Assembly (NCBI GenBank): GCA_003990765.1
Contig: RBNJ01000133.1
Span: forward strand, 1-39,847
Source of the DNA: Jimgerdemannia flammicorona
Lineage: Eukaryota
Direction of reading: 5' to 3'
Length of the DNA: 39,847 nt
A model generated the notes under the pieces. That model had not been told where the DNA came from and made no database searches. It saw nothing but the letters and a program-made list of their open reading frames with translations. Below are positions 1 through 10,972 of the stretch, one piece after another (positions within the stretch are counted from its first letter, which is position 1; every line of letters begins with the position of its first letter). The translations under genes and the position numbers were made by a program.

Positions 1-32
1 GAACCAACACATACGACAAGGCAAGAAGAACC

Positions 33-1034
33 ATGTGGTGGCCCAAGATGGAAGAAGACCTGTGCCAATTTGTCAAAGGGTGTGACAAGTGCCAAAAACA
101 GAAACAAGATCAGCAAGACCAGGCACCCGGGTCATCAAGAATTGAGCCTATCTCCTTCCACCACATCGCAATGGATATCATTGGGCCACTACCAGTAACA
201 CTATCAGGAAACCACTATATTATAGTTATTGTAGACCTCTTCACCAAATGGATAGAGGCAGGAGCATTACAAGAAGCCAATGTCCTCTCTATAGCCGACT
301 TCCTGCACCGAGAAATCATCTGCCGCTACAAGACACCAAAGCAAATCACAACAGACCACAGAACAGAATTTGTCCATAGATTCCATGAGATAATATATCA
401 GAAATATAAGATCCAGCACATCAAGACCACCGCGTACCACCCTCAAGAAAATGGACAGACAGAGATAACCAACAAGACCCTCAAGAACATCCTAGCAAAG
501 ATCTCAGAGACATATGAGAATTGGGATAACTATCTCCCAACTGCCCTCTCTGTCCTACGAGACATACAGTCACAGAGCACACATTTTACCCCAAGAGAGC
601 TGCTCTTCGGAGAAGAAGATTCTGATGGAACCTCAGCCACAAATCTAGACCTAACTTGGAGACGGGTCAATGCAGAAATCCGGAGACTACACCAAATCAG
701 GAAAAAGGCTGAAGATTACATCACCAAGTCACAAGTGCTGACAAGGAAGAATGCGGAAAAGAATCACAAGGCCCTAGAACCCATCCGAATTGGAGAAAAG
801 GTTCTACTGTATCAAAATATGGTAGAAGCCTTATGGTCACGAAAACTGGAGCCCAAATGGGAAGGACCCTTCTACATGCAAGATATCAAGGGAACTACCT
901 TCTGGCTTAGAAAAATCTCAGGGACCATACTGCCTACTACAGTACACAGGAACAGACTCAAGAAGTACCACGAACCTATACAAGAGAAGCAAAACGTGAT
1001 GACTGCCCATGAGGTTCTAGTCCACAAATCGTAA
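33..1034 (+). CDS. Retrotransposon integrase (end of HHCC zinc finger, DDE core, GPY/F motif); probably 5' partial
   Basis: WWPKM..CDKCQ, MDIIGPLP, VDLFTKW, ITTDHRTEF, YHPQENGQTE, KWEGPF; open for 333 aa. Confidence 0.95.
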   Translation: MWWPKMEEDLCQFVKGCDKCQKQKQDQQDQAPGSSRIEPISFHHIAMDIIGPLPVTLSGNHYIIVIVDLFTKWIEAGALQEANVLSIADFLHREIICRYKTPKQITTDHRTEFVHRFHEIIYQKYKIQHIKTTAYHPQENGQTEITNKTLKNILAKISETYENWDNYLPTALSVLRDIQSQSTHFTPRELLFGEEDSDGTSATNLDLTWRRVNAEIRRLHQIRKKAEDYITKSQVLTRKNAEKNHKALEPIRIGEKVLLYQNMVEALWSRKLEPKWEGPFYMQDIKGTTFWLRKISGTILPTTVHRNRLKKYHEPIQEKQNVMTAHEVLVHKS

Positions 1035-1502
1035 CAGCATGTCCCGTGACCAGCAGGCTATCTGTCTGGACCATTCTCTAAGGGATATGGTACTGGCAAC
1101 TACTCATCCATGAGACTTTCGCAGTCAGAGGAGTTCAAACCATCAACTGATTGGTCAAGATCAGAATCAGGCCCTTGCTCTATATGAAGGGAGCGACCCT
1201 TCACCATCACACCAAAATACAAAGGGAAGATGCCAGCCCATAAACACTAGTTTTTGACCCCTTGCCAGAGTTTATGGGATCAGCAAATTTTTCAGGACTG
1301 GACTAATGAATAAGGACACTCAGGAAGATCCTTATTCAGGAGGAAGATGTAACGGTGACCCCAGAATGATGACATCAGTACAGGAGACAGCCTTTCCTTG
1401 CAAGCCACCAGATCGAAGCACAAGAAGATCATATGGTATATGAGATGAGCAATGATGACCAACTGTGAGTCATTGTGACCACAGCACAAGCATCCTGAAG
1501 AA

Positions 1503-1510
1503 TATAAAAG
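1503..1510 (+). promoter_or_regulatory. Candidate internal TATA box for the LTR-embedded ORF
   Basis: TATAAAAG about 140 bp upstream of ATG 1652, conserved at 12525-12532 in LTR C. Confidence 0.5.
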
Positions 1511-1651
1511 AAGGATCAAGGAACCGCAGTAGCAGCAACCAACAAGAACCACCAATCCCAAAATAGCTCAAAGACTTACCACAAACGAAATGCCTGCGCC
1601 CGCCAAACCTCAAGATCAAGGAATCACCAAGGCACCTCGGTTGAAGAAAGG

Positions 1652-2404
1652 ATGTTCCAAGACATCAGAAGAGCTATGGAAACCCGCTCAAGAAGGACTC
1701 CTAGTGTCAACCTGGGTACTGCAGACCCCTATCACTTCATCCTCTACCGCCGTGAAATGGAAACAAGGATCACCATTGTCACCGAATACCTCCAAATATG
1801 GCAGGAGTATGAAATAGGAAACCTCCTCTGCCGGGAGTTCCCACAGGCCAGCACCCAAGAGCTACAAGATGCTACTCCCATGGATATACGTGAAACGAGG
1901 ACAGCTAAGAAGATCCATCAGATCTTCAGGCATGCACCATAGTCAATTCCCAACTTGGAGTATGTTAGAGTCTCAGATTTCAGAGACCTGTCATCTCGCC
2001 GCATCAATGCACTAGAAGCCAGGGTGGCTACAGAAGCCCAGTCCACTATCACCCTCAACAGTGAAGAAGTAGAAGACTTCTGGCACCCCATCCTTCAGGA
2101 CAACCCAGACCAATTCCTGCAAGGATTGATCTCAATATTCCAAGGCCCAAGCATCCAAGTTAGATCCCCCCAAGACCCCACATTTGTCTCCTATTTTGTG
2201 GAAGAGAACCTCATAGATTGGAGAGCTCCAAATCTTGTCCCCGATTTCCCCGCCGAATGTGATGACGTCATCGGCAATGACGTCATCCCGCGCAACATAC
2301 CCGAGGTACACGAGACGCACGACCTGCACGACAAATTCGCAGACCTCATCTCCTTCAGTGATGATGATGATGAAGCCCCCATGGTCCTGAACTTTCTGCT
2401 CTAA
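1652..2404 (+). pseudogene. LTR-embedded accessory ORF (about 250 aa, one premature stop), unknown function
   Basis: ORFs 1652-1942 and 1955-2404 share a frame. The TAG at 1940 is TGG in the C copy. Acidic C-terminus. Confidence 0.8.
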
Positions 2405-2410
2405 GTTCTT

Positions 2411-2575
2411 TGTTATACTGGATAATGCCAGCACCAGTATTCTCATGTAACACCAGATAATACCAGCACTGGTATTCTGAGGTGACGCGAAATTGTTCCA
2501 GCACCGGCATTTTGATGTAACACTGGATAATGCCAGCATCCTGAACCTGTACAACCAACAATACCAGCCCTGGAA
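2411..2575. repeat. Degenerate tandem repeat of about 34 bp (4-5 units) in U3 of LTR A
   Basis: Recurring TGTAACACYRGATAATRCCAGCACYRGYATT; internal palindrome AATACCAG-CA-CTGGTATT at 2459-2476. Confidence 0.8.
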
Positions 2576-2643
2576 CTTAGTAGTTTTAGTTATTGGAATT
2601 TATATTTAGCTCTATATCTTAGCAACCATTGAATTATATTTTG

Positions 2644-2676
2644 TATAAATACCCCTCTTATTTCCTCTAAAATAAA
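2644..2676 (+). promoter_or_regulatory. LTR TATA box and poly(A) signal
   Basis: TATAAATA 2644-2651 and AATAAA 2671-2676; same arrangement from 13687 in LTR C. Confidence 0.65.
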
Positions 2677-2881
2677 GTCAGTCAAGTTCAGTGCAATACA
2701 CAATCCCTTGCAAGCAATCTAAGAGATAACAAGACAGTTAAAGATAAGAAGTTTGAGGACTATAAGACCTTGAGAAGGCACTCCAATAAGAACTTGCTTA
2801 TAACAAACTTGAGTTAGTCTAAGAGATACACCTTGAAGAGAATCTGGCGTATTTGAAGGACTCAGCGACCACTACGTGACA

Positions 2882-4158
2882 CTATGTAGGACCTGAACAC
2901 CTGTGCTAGATCTGCATACCTGTACCAAACCAGTATACTTGCCATAAGTAGCAAATCTATAATTAGCCACATAGCAACCAGATAGCAACTACAATGTATA
3001 AAATACCCCAGAGACAAGAGTGAATAAATCTCAGTTCTGAAATATAAAGCAAAAGATAAGTCTGCCTACTATACTTTGAGAGATATACCTGCCAAAGCCA
3101 CTTGATCCAGGAAGGATTGCAATACTTAGGAGAAACACCTGCTCTATAGCTACTACTAGGAGATTGTGAGCTTTGCCCCTTTCCCACTCTGGTCTACTTT
3201 CCAATATAAAGATTGATTGATACACTTGCCAGACTAAGCCTGAAGAATCTGAGTTTGCCACCAAGTTCAAAAAAGAACTTTACTGCCTTTTGAGAAATCT
3301 GCTGCTTAAGGAATAAGTCACTATATCTTAATTCACTTGCTAGGTAAGCCTGAAGAAATCCACCACCTTTTGAGTTATTTACCACCTTTTGAAGAGAAAC
3401 CTACATTCTCAGAGAGCCTTAAGAAAACTTACCATAAGCCAGTCTTCTGATACAACTTTGCAGTAAAGTCAGTCTATGATGTAACCCTATGCAAATGAAG
3501 CCAGTCTTTGATATAACTTGCCAAGAATCTGCCACCAGTTATTATTCCCAGAGAACTCCACCATTTCAGAAAAAATCTGTATCATCTGAATAATTAGTTT
3601 ATTCCCAGTGAGCTGATTCAGAAGAATCTATGTCATCTACTATTCCCAGAAGAGTCCACCACCAGTACAATTTCTAGTAAACCAAATTAAGTTATCTGCC
3701 AAATTACCAGACTACCCTACATAAGGAACTCATTCCACTATACAAGACCATTACCCAGAAATCACATAAGGAATCTGCCACACTATATAAGAGATCATTG
3801 TGCTATACAGAGATTGTCATGCAGAAATCAGAGATCATCACTCAAAAAGAAAAACAGCTAAATTGCCAGACTATTATGCATAAGGAGATCATTATGCTAT
3901 ATATGAAATTCTACCAATTCCCAGTTAACCCAAGAAGGAAACCCATTCATAAATTGCTACTATATCCAGAGAACAGTTCTGATTAGAAAATCAACATACA
4001 ATTAATTACTGTATTCTGAATTTGACTATTATACTACTAAATACCAACAAGGACCTCAGGAATATTAGAACATTTTGTTACTTTTGACAAAGTAACTGGG
4101 GGCTTAAGCCAAACTATACCAACCCTCAATTTGTCTCTATTGAGCCAGGTACATTACA
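2882..4158 (+). repeat. 5' LTR of B (first ~130 bp displaced by insertion of A)
   Basis: Homologous to 26078-27448 and 31615-33003; ends CATTACA before the PBS. Confidence 0.85.
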
Positions 4159-4160
4159 TT

Positions 4161-4178
4161 TGGGGGCTCAACTGAGAA
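4161..4178 (+). promoter_or_regulatory. Primer binding site, tRNA-Pro-like
   Basis: TGGGGGCTCAACTGAGA two bases after the LTR end resembles the tRNA-Pro PBS TGGGGGCTCGTCCGGGA; E copy TGGGGACTCAACTGGGA at 27451. Confidence 0.75.
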
Positions 4179-4710
4179 GATTTCAAAATTGATATGACTT
4201 TTTAGCTCACAAGAACCCACAGTCAAACTGGATACATTTGATATAATACCAATTTCTGCCATCACAGGAGAACCAGTTATTACTAGCATTTGGACAGGAA
4301 GAGAAGTAATCACCTCAAGACTTGTCAACTACCCAGTATCAGAAGGATCCCAGCCAGAAACCAGTACAGCCTGAAATCCTCAACTAGAGCAACTAGACAA
4401 CACAGGTGGCCCTGCTGGAGATCTTAAAGAACTTGTACAAGAACTAGAAGATCTCATTACATAAGCCCAAGATCTTACAGCCAGACACCCCATACCAGTC
4501 CCACCAATCTCACCCATTGAACCTTTACCACTAGTCCTTGCAAAATTAGAAGTAGCTCCTACAAGAATACTTAGGCTCATTCCACATCATCCAAGGTCCA
4601 GAACATCATCCTCAAGATATCCAAGCACTCCTATCTCCAGTGACAGTTCAGAAAGTGAATCTGAATCAGAATCTGGACCAGAACCAGAATTAGAAGAAAG
4701 TGACAATGAA

Positions 4711-7704
4711 ATGGCCACCTTATTACCAACCTTTGCAGGATATCCAGAGAAAGATCCCAGAGAATTTCTTGATAGAATTGAAGGAATTGCAGCCCTGAGA
4801 GATCTCTCAGATAAAAGAAAAATCACCATCTATAAGGCCCTGCTTAGAGAACCAGCCAGAGGAATTTTTCACTGAAAGGTAAATGATCTGAATTCAGAAT
4901 TGGCAAGACAAATACAAGCAGCAGTATCTTATGAGCTGGAATATGTAGCTATAGTCCACTGGCTTATCAGAAAATATGCAGAAAATGAAACCCACTATAA
5001 GGCTCAAGAATCTATCATAGAGATGAAGATGAATCTTAGAGAATTATCCAGAGCCTTCTTCACAAGAATCCAAAAGAGAATGTATGCTACTGGGTTCAAT
5101 ACCACCAACCAGAATATTATAGGTCTAATGATCTTCATAAATGGGATTCCCCCAAACATTGCTCAGTATATCTGTACCCTAGACATCAGCAGGTCCAAAG
5201 AGCAAGTAGATGCAGCCCAAGGATTCTTTAATGTCAGACAAGAAACCACCTGAAGTGATTATAATAAGAAAGAAGACAAAGAAGACATCCTGGTCAAAGC
5301 CCTACAAGAACTCCTTCAAGGACAAGAGAGATCTAAAGAAAGAAGATCAGCCAAAGAAGAAAAGAAGGACAGGAGCAAAATCCAAGACCTTAGCTCCAAG
5401 TTGGACCAATTGGTTGGATAGATTGAAAAACTCACCATATATAAAAATCGGAGTTACCAAGACAACAGAGGATACCCACCACAGAGAAGCCAAGGTTATC
5501 CACCCAGAGATAACAGGAGCTATCAGTAGGAAGAAAGAAGGTACCCTGTCCAAGACAGAACCCAAGTCCAATACTTCTACTGTGAACAATTCAGACACTA
5601 TACCACTGAATGTGATAATAAAAGAAGTGACCAAAGAGACTCAGAACAACCAAACCAAAGGAATGACACTTAGTATAAGAAGACTGAAGCCCATCCTGTC
5701 AAAGACTTTGTAGAAGTAAGCAACAGTGAAGACTACAGTGACCTAAACCTGTATCCTACCAAGGTTACTACCTGGAAAACAGTCTATCTAGTAGAAAAAA
5801 GAAAGAGACCCATAGGAAGGCCATCCAGGAATATTAGCAGAAGAATTATCTAAGAAGAAGATAAAGAACATGAAGAGAAACAAGTAGAAACACCTCCCCA
5901 GACTCCTTCACCTTTTGTCCCCAAGATAAATGAGTTGTCACCAGCTGGAGTCCAAAACAAATTACTGAGGACCACCAGATCTAGCACTGGCTGAGTTCCA
6001 ATCCCACAGCAAGAGCCAGCTCCCATACCTATCTAGGCTGCAGAGAGATATGTCAGCACCTACTTACATAGAGACATTGGAGGACAAAAGGCAAAAATCC
6101 TCATAGACATAGGAGTAGCTGTCTGTATTATTGCTAAACAATTCCTGGACACCCTTCAATGGCCCATTGATGGACCATCCAACCTCAGCTTCATAGTGGC
6201 AGATGGAGCCCAAACTCAACCTCTTGGAGAAGTATGAAATATCACTATTTCTCTTAGACACATTCAGTTCTCCATTCTGAAAGCTATCATCAATGAAGCT
6301 GTCACCTATGACATGATCCTTGGTACCAACTGGAAGAAGGAAATGAATGCAGTTGTTGATATTGGACAACAAGTACTCAAGTTTGACTACTGAGACAATA
6401 AGTACCAAGTTAAGGTGACTAGCTATGAGCAATCAAAGAAGAAGAAGGCCATAATTTAGGAGGAATATACCAGCAGTGAAGAATTTACTATAGAAGAGGA
6501 AGATGAATCTGAAGATGGAAATGATCCCAGACTCAATCCCTGAATCAATCTAGTGAATGATAGACTAGAAGACAATATATGGACTAAGAATACTATCCTC
6601 ATTACCATTGGAGCCATTGCAGGAGAAATCAAAGGATGCCCCACTTGCCTCAAGAGACACAAGTACCCCAAGCACTCTTCCAAGATAGAAAATTACCTGG
6701 TACAGCCTGCCCAGAGTGCAAAAAGAAAATAAAGAAATGCAGACATATTTCAGAAATACCTGCAGCCGAAGCTACAGAGATACAAGCAATTTGGAGTCAA
6801 GAATTATCTGGGGAAGAAGAGGCACTTGACTAAGAAGTTTCTGAACAAGAAGTACCCAAAGAAGAAGTCCCTGAACTCATTCTCTGGGATGACCCTCACT
6901 GGATACCACCTGAAGATAATGACCCTTGGAATATAGAAGAAGGACCCAGTACAATCCCCATTATTCCCAAGAAAGAGACTCATTAAGAAAGGACTTTTAG
7001 GCTAGGAAGATGTCCACATCAAATGGTCTTCCACTCTTCCTGAGACTACTGCTATCAGTGCTATCTACTAGATCAATAGGAGAGATAGAGACCCCAGAGA
7101 CCAGAACTCTCAAATACAGTTGCACAGTCAACTATCTTTCAAGAAGTTACTACCAAGTTGCAAAGTCAATTCAGAGGACAAGGTCTCTTTACCTGAATAG
7201 AAGTATATTCCTTATCTACTCTTCTCCCAACTTATGATCAAGATGGGTACCAATTCCCAAGACAATAAGAAATCAATAACCAGGAACATCATTTCCAAGC
7301 AATGGGATATTATAATCATAAAAGATACCCAGACTGCTGAGACTACAGACATCAGAAGATTCACCTCAGTCATGATATTGCAATCCACACTTTGAAGAGA
7401 GGAGACAATAGAGGCCAGATTCGAAAAAGCCAGACCAAGAAACCAGAAAGAAGAATTCTCAAGATCTATGATTTAGGAGAAGACATCCTAGCTTTCATCA
7501 GACATGTGATCCACTAAGGATGGGTAGAGGATGCTACCAACTTCATGAAAGCCCTAGACCCTATAGGAAGAAGAGGAATCAACTATCTCCAAGATCCCTC
7601 TACTGGAGCCAGGTGGCCACACCTCAACCTCAGAGCCTGGAGGCTCTCTACTAGTAGAGCTTCAGCCCTAGGACAGTTCAAACTCAGTAAGGATATTGCC
7701 CAGT
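4711..7704 (+). pseudogene. B gag, zinc knuckle, aspartic protease and Cys/His-rich insert
   Basis: LPTFAGYPEKDPREF gag start; knuckle (C)FYCEQF(G)HY(A)TEC near 5572; LID(I)GVA near 6100; CPTCLKRHK and CPECKKK motifs; many stops. Confidence 0.85.
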
Positions 7705-8103
7705 ATGCCCTACTACATCCCAAGGCCAAACTTCTGACCAAAGTTTACCCAGAAGATATAGGATATGATCTTTATAGTCTGGAGGATGAATCCATCAAGC
7801 CTGGAAAAACATTCATGATCAGAATCAAACTAGCTATGCAGCTATCTCAAGGAGCTTACATCCAACTGACCTCAAGGTCTGGGCTTGCTAGACAAGAGAT
7901 AACCATAGAAGGAGGAACTATTGATCCAGGATATATAGGTGAAATCAAGGTCATCCTATACAACAGCAGTAAAGAATAGTACTAAATCATTAGAGGATAG
8001 AAGATTGCCCAAGCAGTCTTCATGAAGGCCAAGACCCCACAATTACAAGAAGCCTTCAAACTAACTGAAGGAATAAGACAAGCTGAAGGATTTGGAAGTT
8101 CAG
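7705..8103 (+). pseudogene. dUTPase domain of element B
   Basis: IGYDL, SRSGL, GGTIDPGYIGEIKV, KIAQ, RQAEGFGSS correspond to the five trimeric dUTPase motifs. Confidence 0.92.
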
Positions 8104-8559
8104 TTAAGAAGAAAGTATATCTTCTTCAAGTCAATCACCTCAAGAGGAATGCTCCCCAGCAAGTGTACTACCAATCAGTCAAACTGCATAAGAATCTCAT
8201 CCTGGAATCTGAAGAACAAACTACTTTCGAAATCTTTGCACCACCTGATCCCAGGAATCTTTTTTTTGAACCCAATGAAGATATCCCACACTTGGATATA
8301 GAAGGACATATATTTCCTGACAAGATGAACCCAGTGCACTCCTGAGCAACCAACCAAAGTTGAGAAACCATCATCTTGCCAAAAGGAATCATCATAGGAC
8401 ACCTGGTGCCTTTACTCAACTGAACTCATAGGGAAGTTTATGAACTAAACCTATCAGGAAACAGCAAAAGGTCCTAGAAGAAAGAAAAGGCCCCTCTGTG
8501 ATCCAGGAGACAGTAAAGCCTTCCACCAACATTGGAGAAGAATTGACATCCCAACAATA

Positions 8560-9925
8560 GCAACAACTAGTAGAACTCCTCAATAAATATCAAGATATCT
8601 TCACTACTGATTATGGCAACCTGCCATACAACCCATCATATCACCACAGTATAAATACAGAAAATGCAACATCTATCTGACAGAAACCCTATAGAATACT
8701 CTAATACTTAAAAATATTTGAAAAAGAGCACATTCAAGAACTCTTAGACAATGGAGTCATCCAACCTTCTACCAGTCCCTGGGCCAGTCCTATACTTATT
8801 GTACCAAAGAAAGAAGAATGAAGACTCTGTATAGATTACAGAAAACTCAATTCAGTCACTGAAAAGGATACCTATCCTTAGCCCAGAATTGATGATCTTT
8901 TGGATCAGTTATAAGACACCAGATACTTCAGCAGTATGGACCTTTTCACAGGATTTCATGAGATCCCCATGGACCTCAAGGACATTCAAAAGACAGCCTT
9001 CCTTGCTCTAGAAAAACTGTTTAAATACCTCTGAATTCTCTTTGGACTTTGCAATACACCCCCCACCTTTCAGAGGATGATGAATTCAGTCTATGCCCCC
9101 TTGATCCACTACTACTTGATTGTATATATGGATGATTCCAACATCTATTCAGCAAATTTTGAAGAACACTTATACTACCTAGAGGAATTCTTTAAGCTCA
9201 CCTGCAAGAACCATATGAGACTCAATGTAAAGAAATGCTACTTCAGGAAACAGAAACTTGAATTTCTTAGATTTATAGTTTCAAAAGAAGAAACCCATAC
9301 AGATCCAAAGAAAACTGAGAAGATCAACAATTGGCCAGTATCCAAGACCCCAAAGGAAACACTATCATTCCTGATGCTAGTATCCTACTACAGAAGATTT
9401 ATCAAGAACTTTACCCAAATTGCAGCCCCAATCCAAGTCCTTCTTAAGAAAGAAGTACCTTATAAATAGATGGAATCATAAGAGAAAGCCTTCAAAGAAC
9501 TCAAGAACTACATGACTACAGTACCAATCCTTGTACACCCCAATATACAGAAGCCATTCATCTTGTATACAGATACTTCCAAAGATGGCCTAGGAGCAGT
9601 TCTAGCTCAAGAAGGATCTGATCAATAATACTATATTATAGATTATACAAGCTGAGCTACCAATTAGCAGCAGATGAACTAAGGCAGCACCAAACTGGAA
9701 TGCCTTGAAGTTATATGAGCAGTCACCCTGTTAAAGCATTACCTCATTGAAGAAAGGTTCACCCTGACCACAGACCATACAGCTCTCAAATGGCTATTCA
9801 ATCATAAGAAATCTACTAGAATCCTAGCCTGATGGATCCTTATTCTTCAGGACTACAAAATCACCATCATCCACAAAGCAGGGAAAGCTTACAACAATAT
9901 TGATATACTTTCCTACCAGCCCTAA
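8560..9925 (+). pseudogene. Reverse transcriptase and RNase H of B
   Basis: SPWASPILIVPKK, CIDYRKLN, PFGLCN-like, VYMDDS, LYTDTSKDGLGAVL, TDHTALKWL. Confidence 0.92.
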
Positions 9926-10960
9926 TGAACTAGAAGAAGGGTGTCCCAAGGAACTACATCATAAAAGAAGCTCTCCAGATCATTAAGGCACAAGATCTTA
10001 TCCAAAAGAACATCAGAAAGCCCACCAAGGACAGGCAAATATAGAAGAGAAGTTGTGAACAATATACCAACATTGGCTCAACCTCAGAACACAAGTCCAG
10101 GACATACTCAAGAAATGTGACATCTGTCAGAAGTATCAAGGAAAGAAGAACTATCAAGCACTATTACAATCAATTATATCATCAGACAATATCTTTCAGA
10201 GATGGAGAGTAGACATAATTGGACCTCTACTAGTTATAATAAGAAGAAACAAGTACATTCTTATATTTGTAGAACATCTGACCAAATGGCCCAAGGCTTT
10301 CTCAATGGAAATTGCAGATACCTTAACTATTATAGGTCTTCTCTATAGACTCACACTCAGATATGGACCCCCAGAAGAACTTATCTCTAACTGAGGCACA
10401 GAATTCATTAACAATATAATTATAAGTTATGCCCAAATTCACAAGATCCACCTCAAACAGACTACATCATCTACCCTCAGACCAATGGTATTATAGAAAG
10501 AATGAACTAGACCATTAAGAAAGAACTTGCCCAAGTCAATCCTATTAATTGGGACCTTTGCTTACCTGAGATCCTATGGGAAATTTGGAACACCCCTGCT
10601 ATCTCTACTAAATAAAAGCCATTTAAAATGATATTTGCCAAGAAAACCAGAACTGCTGACCATGAGAATCTTGGAGACCTCCTCAAGAAGGCAGAATAGT
10701 TATGTAATCAGACCCAAGTTCAGATTACCAAAGTCCAAGAAAGACAAAAGAAGTACTATGACCAGAAATAGAAGGACCAGAAGATCAAAATTGGAGAGTA
10801 AGTACTAGTTTGGAGAAGTATGATTGAAACAAACTTCACTGCTAAATTGGAATCCAAATGGGAAGGATCTTATCTTGTGCATAATATCAGAGAAACCAGC
10901 ATCTATTTAAGAAGCATAGATGGATGAACCCTGAGGACACCAATATTCTCAAGATATACC
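9925..10960 (+). pseudogene. Integrase of B
   Basis: HQKAH..WLNL..CDICQK, VDIIGPL, VEHLTKWP, PQTNGIIERMN, KWEGSY. Confidence 0.88.
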
Positions 10961-10972
10961 TTTTTCTACATC

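Larger units (their letters stand above)
1..2881 (+). mobile_element. Ty3/Gypsy LTR retrotransposon A, 3' portion (integrase, PPT, 3' LTR), inserted in the 5' LTR of element B
   Basis: Integrase ORF, purine tract AGGAGGAAGA before TGTAAC (1348), LTR end GTGACA (2881). The sequence after 2881 resumes mid-way through a B/E-type LTR. Confidence 0.9.
1348..2881 (+). repeat. 3' LTR of element A (about 1.53 kb), contains an ORF
   Basis: TGTAAC...GTGACA termini, PPT upstream, colinear with 12355-13971, TATAAATA at 2644 and AATAAA at 2671. Confidence 0.9.

Noticed and set aside
840-1034. Chromodomain on integrase A
   Set aside because: The ORF ends shortly after the GPF motif with no chromodomain pattern.
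2411-2575. CRISPR-like array
   Set aside because: Units are contiguous with no unique spacers, no cas genes, and the context is a eukaryotic LTR.
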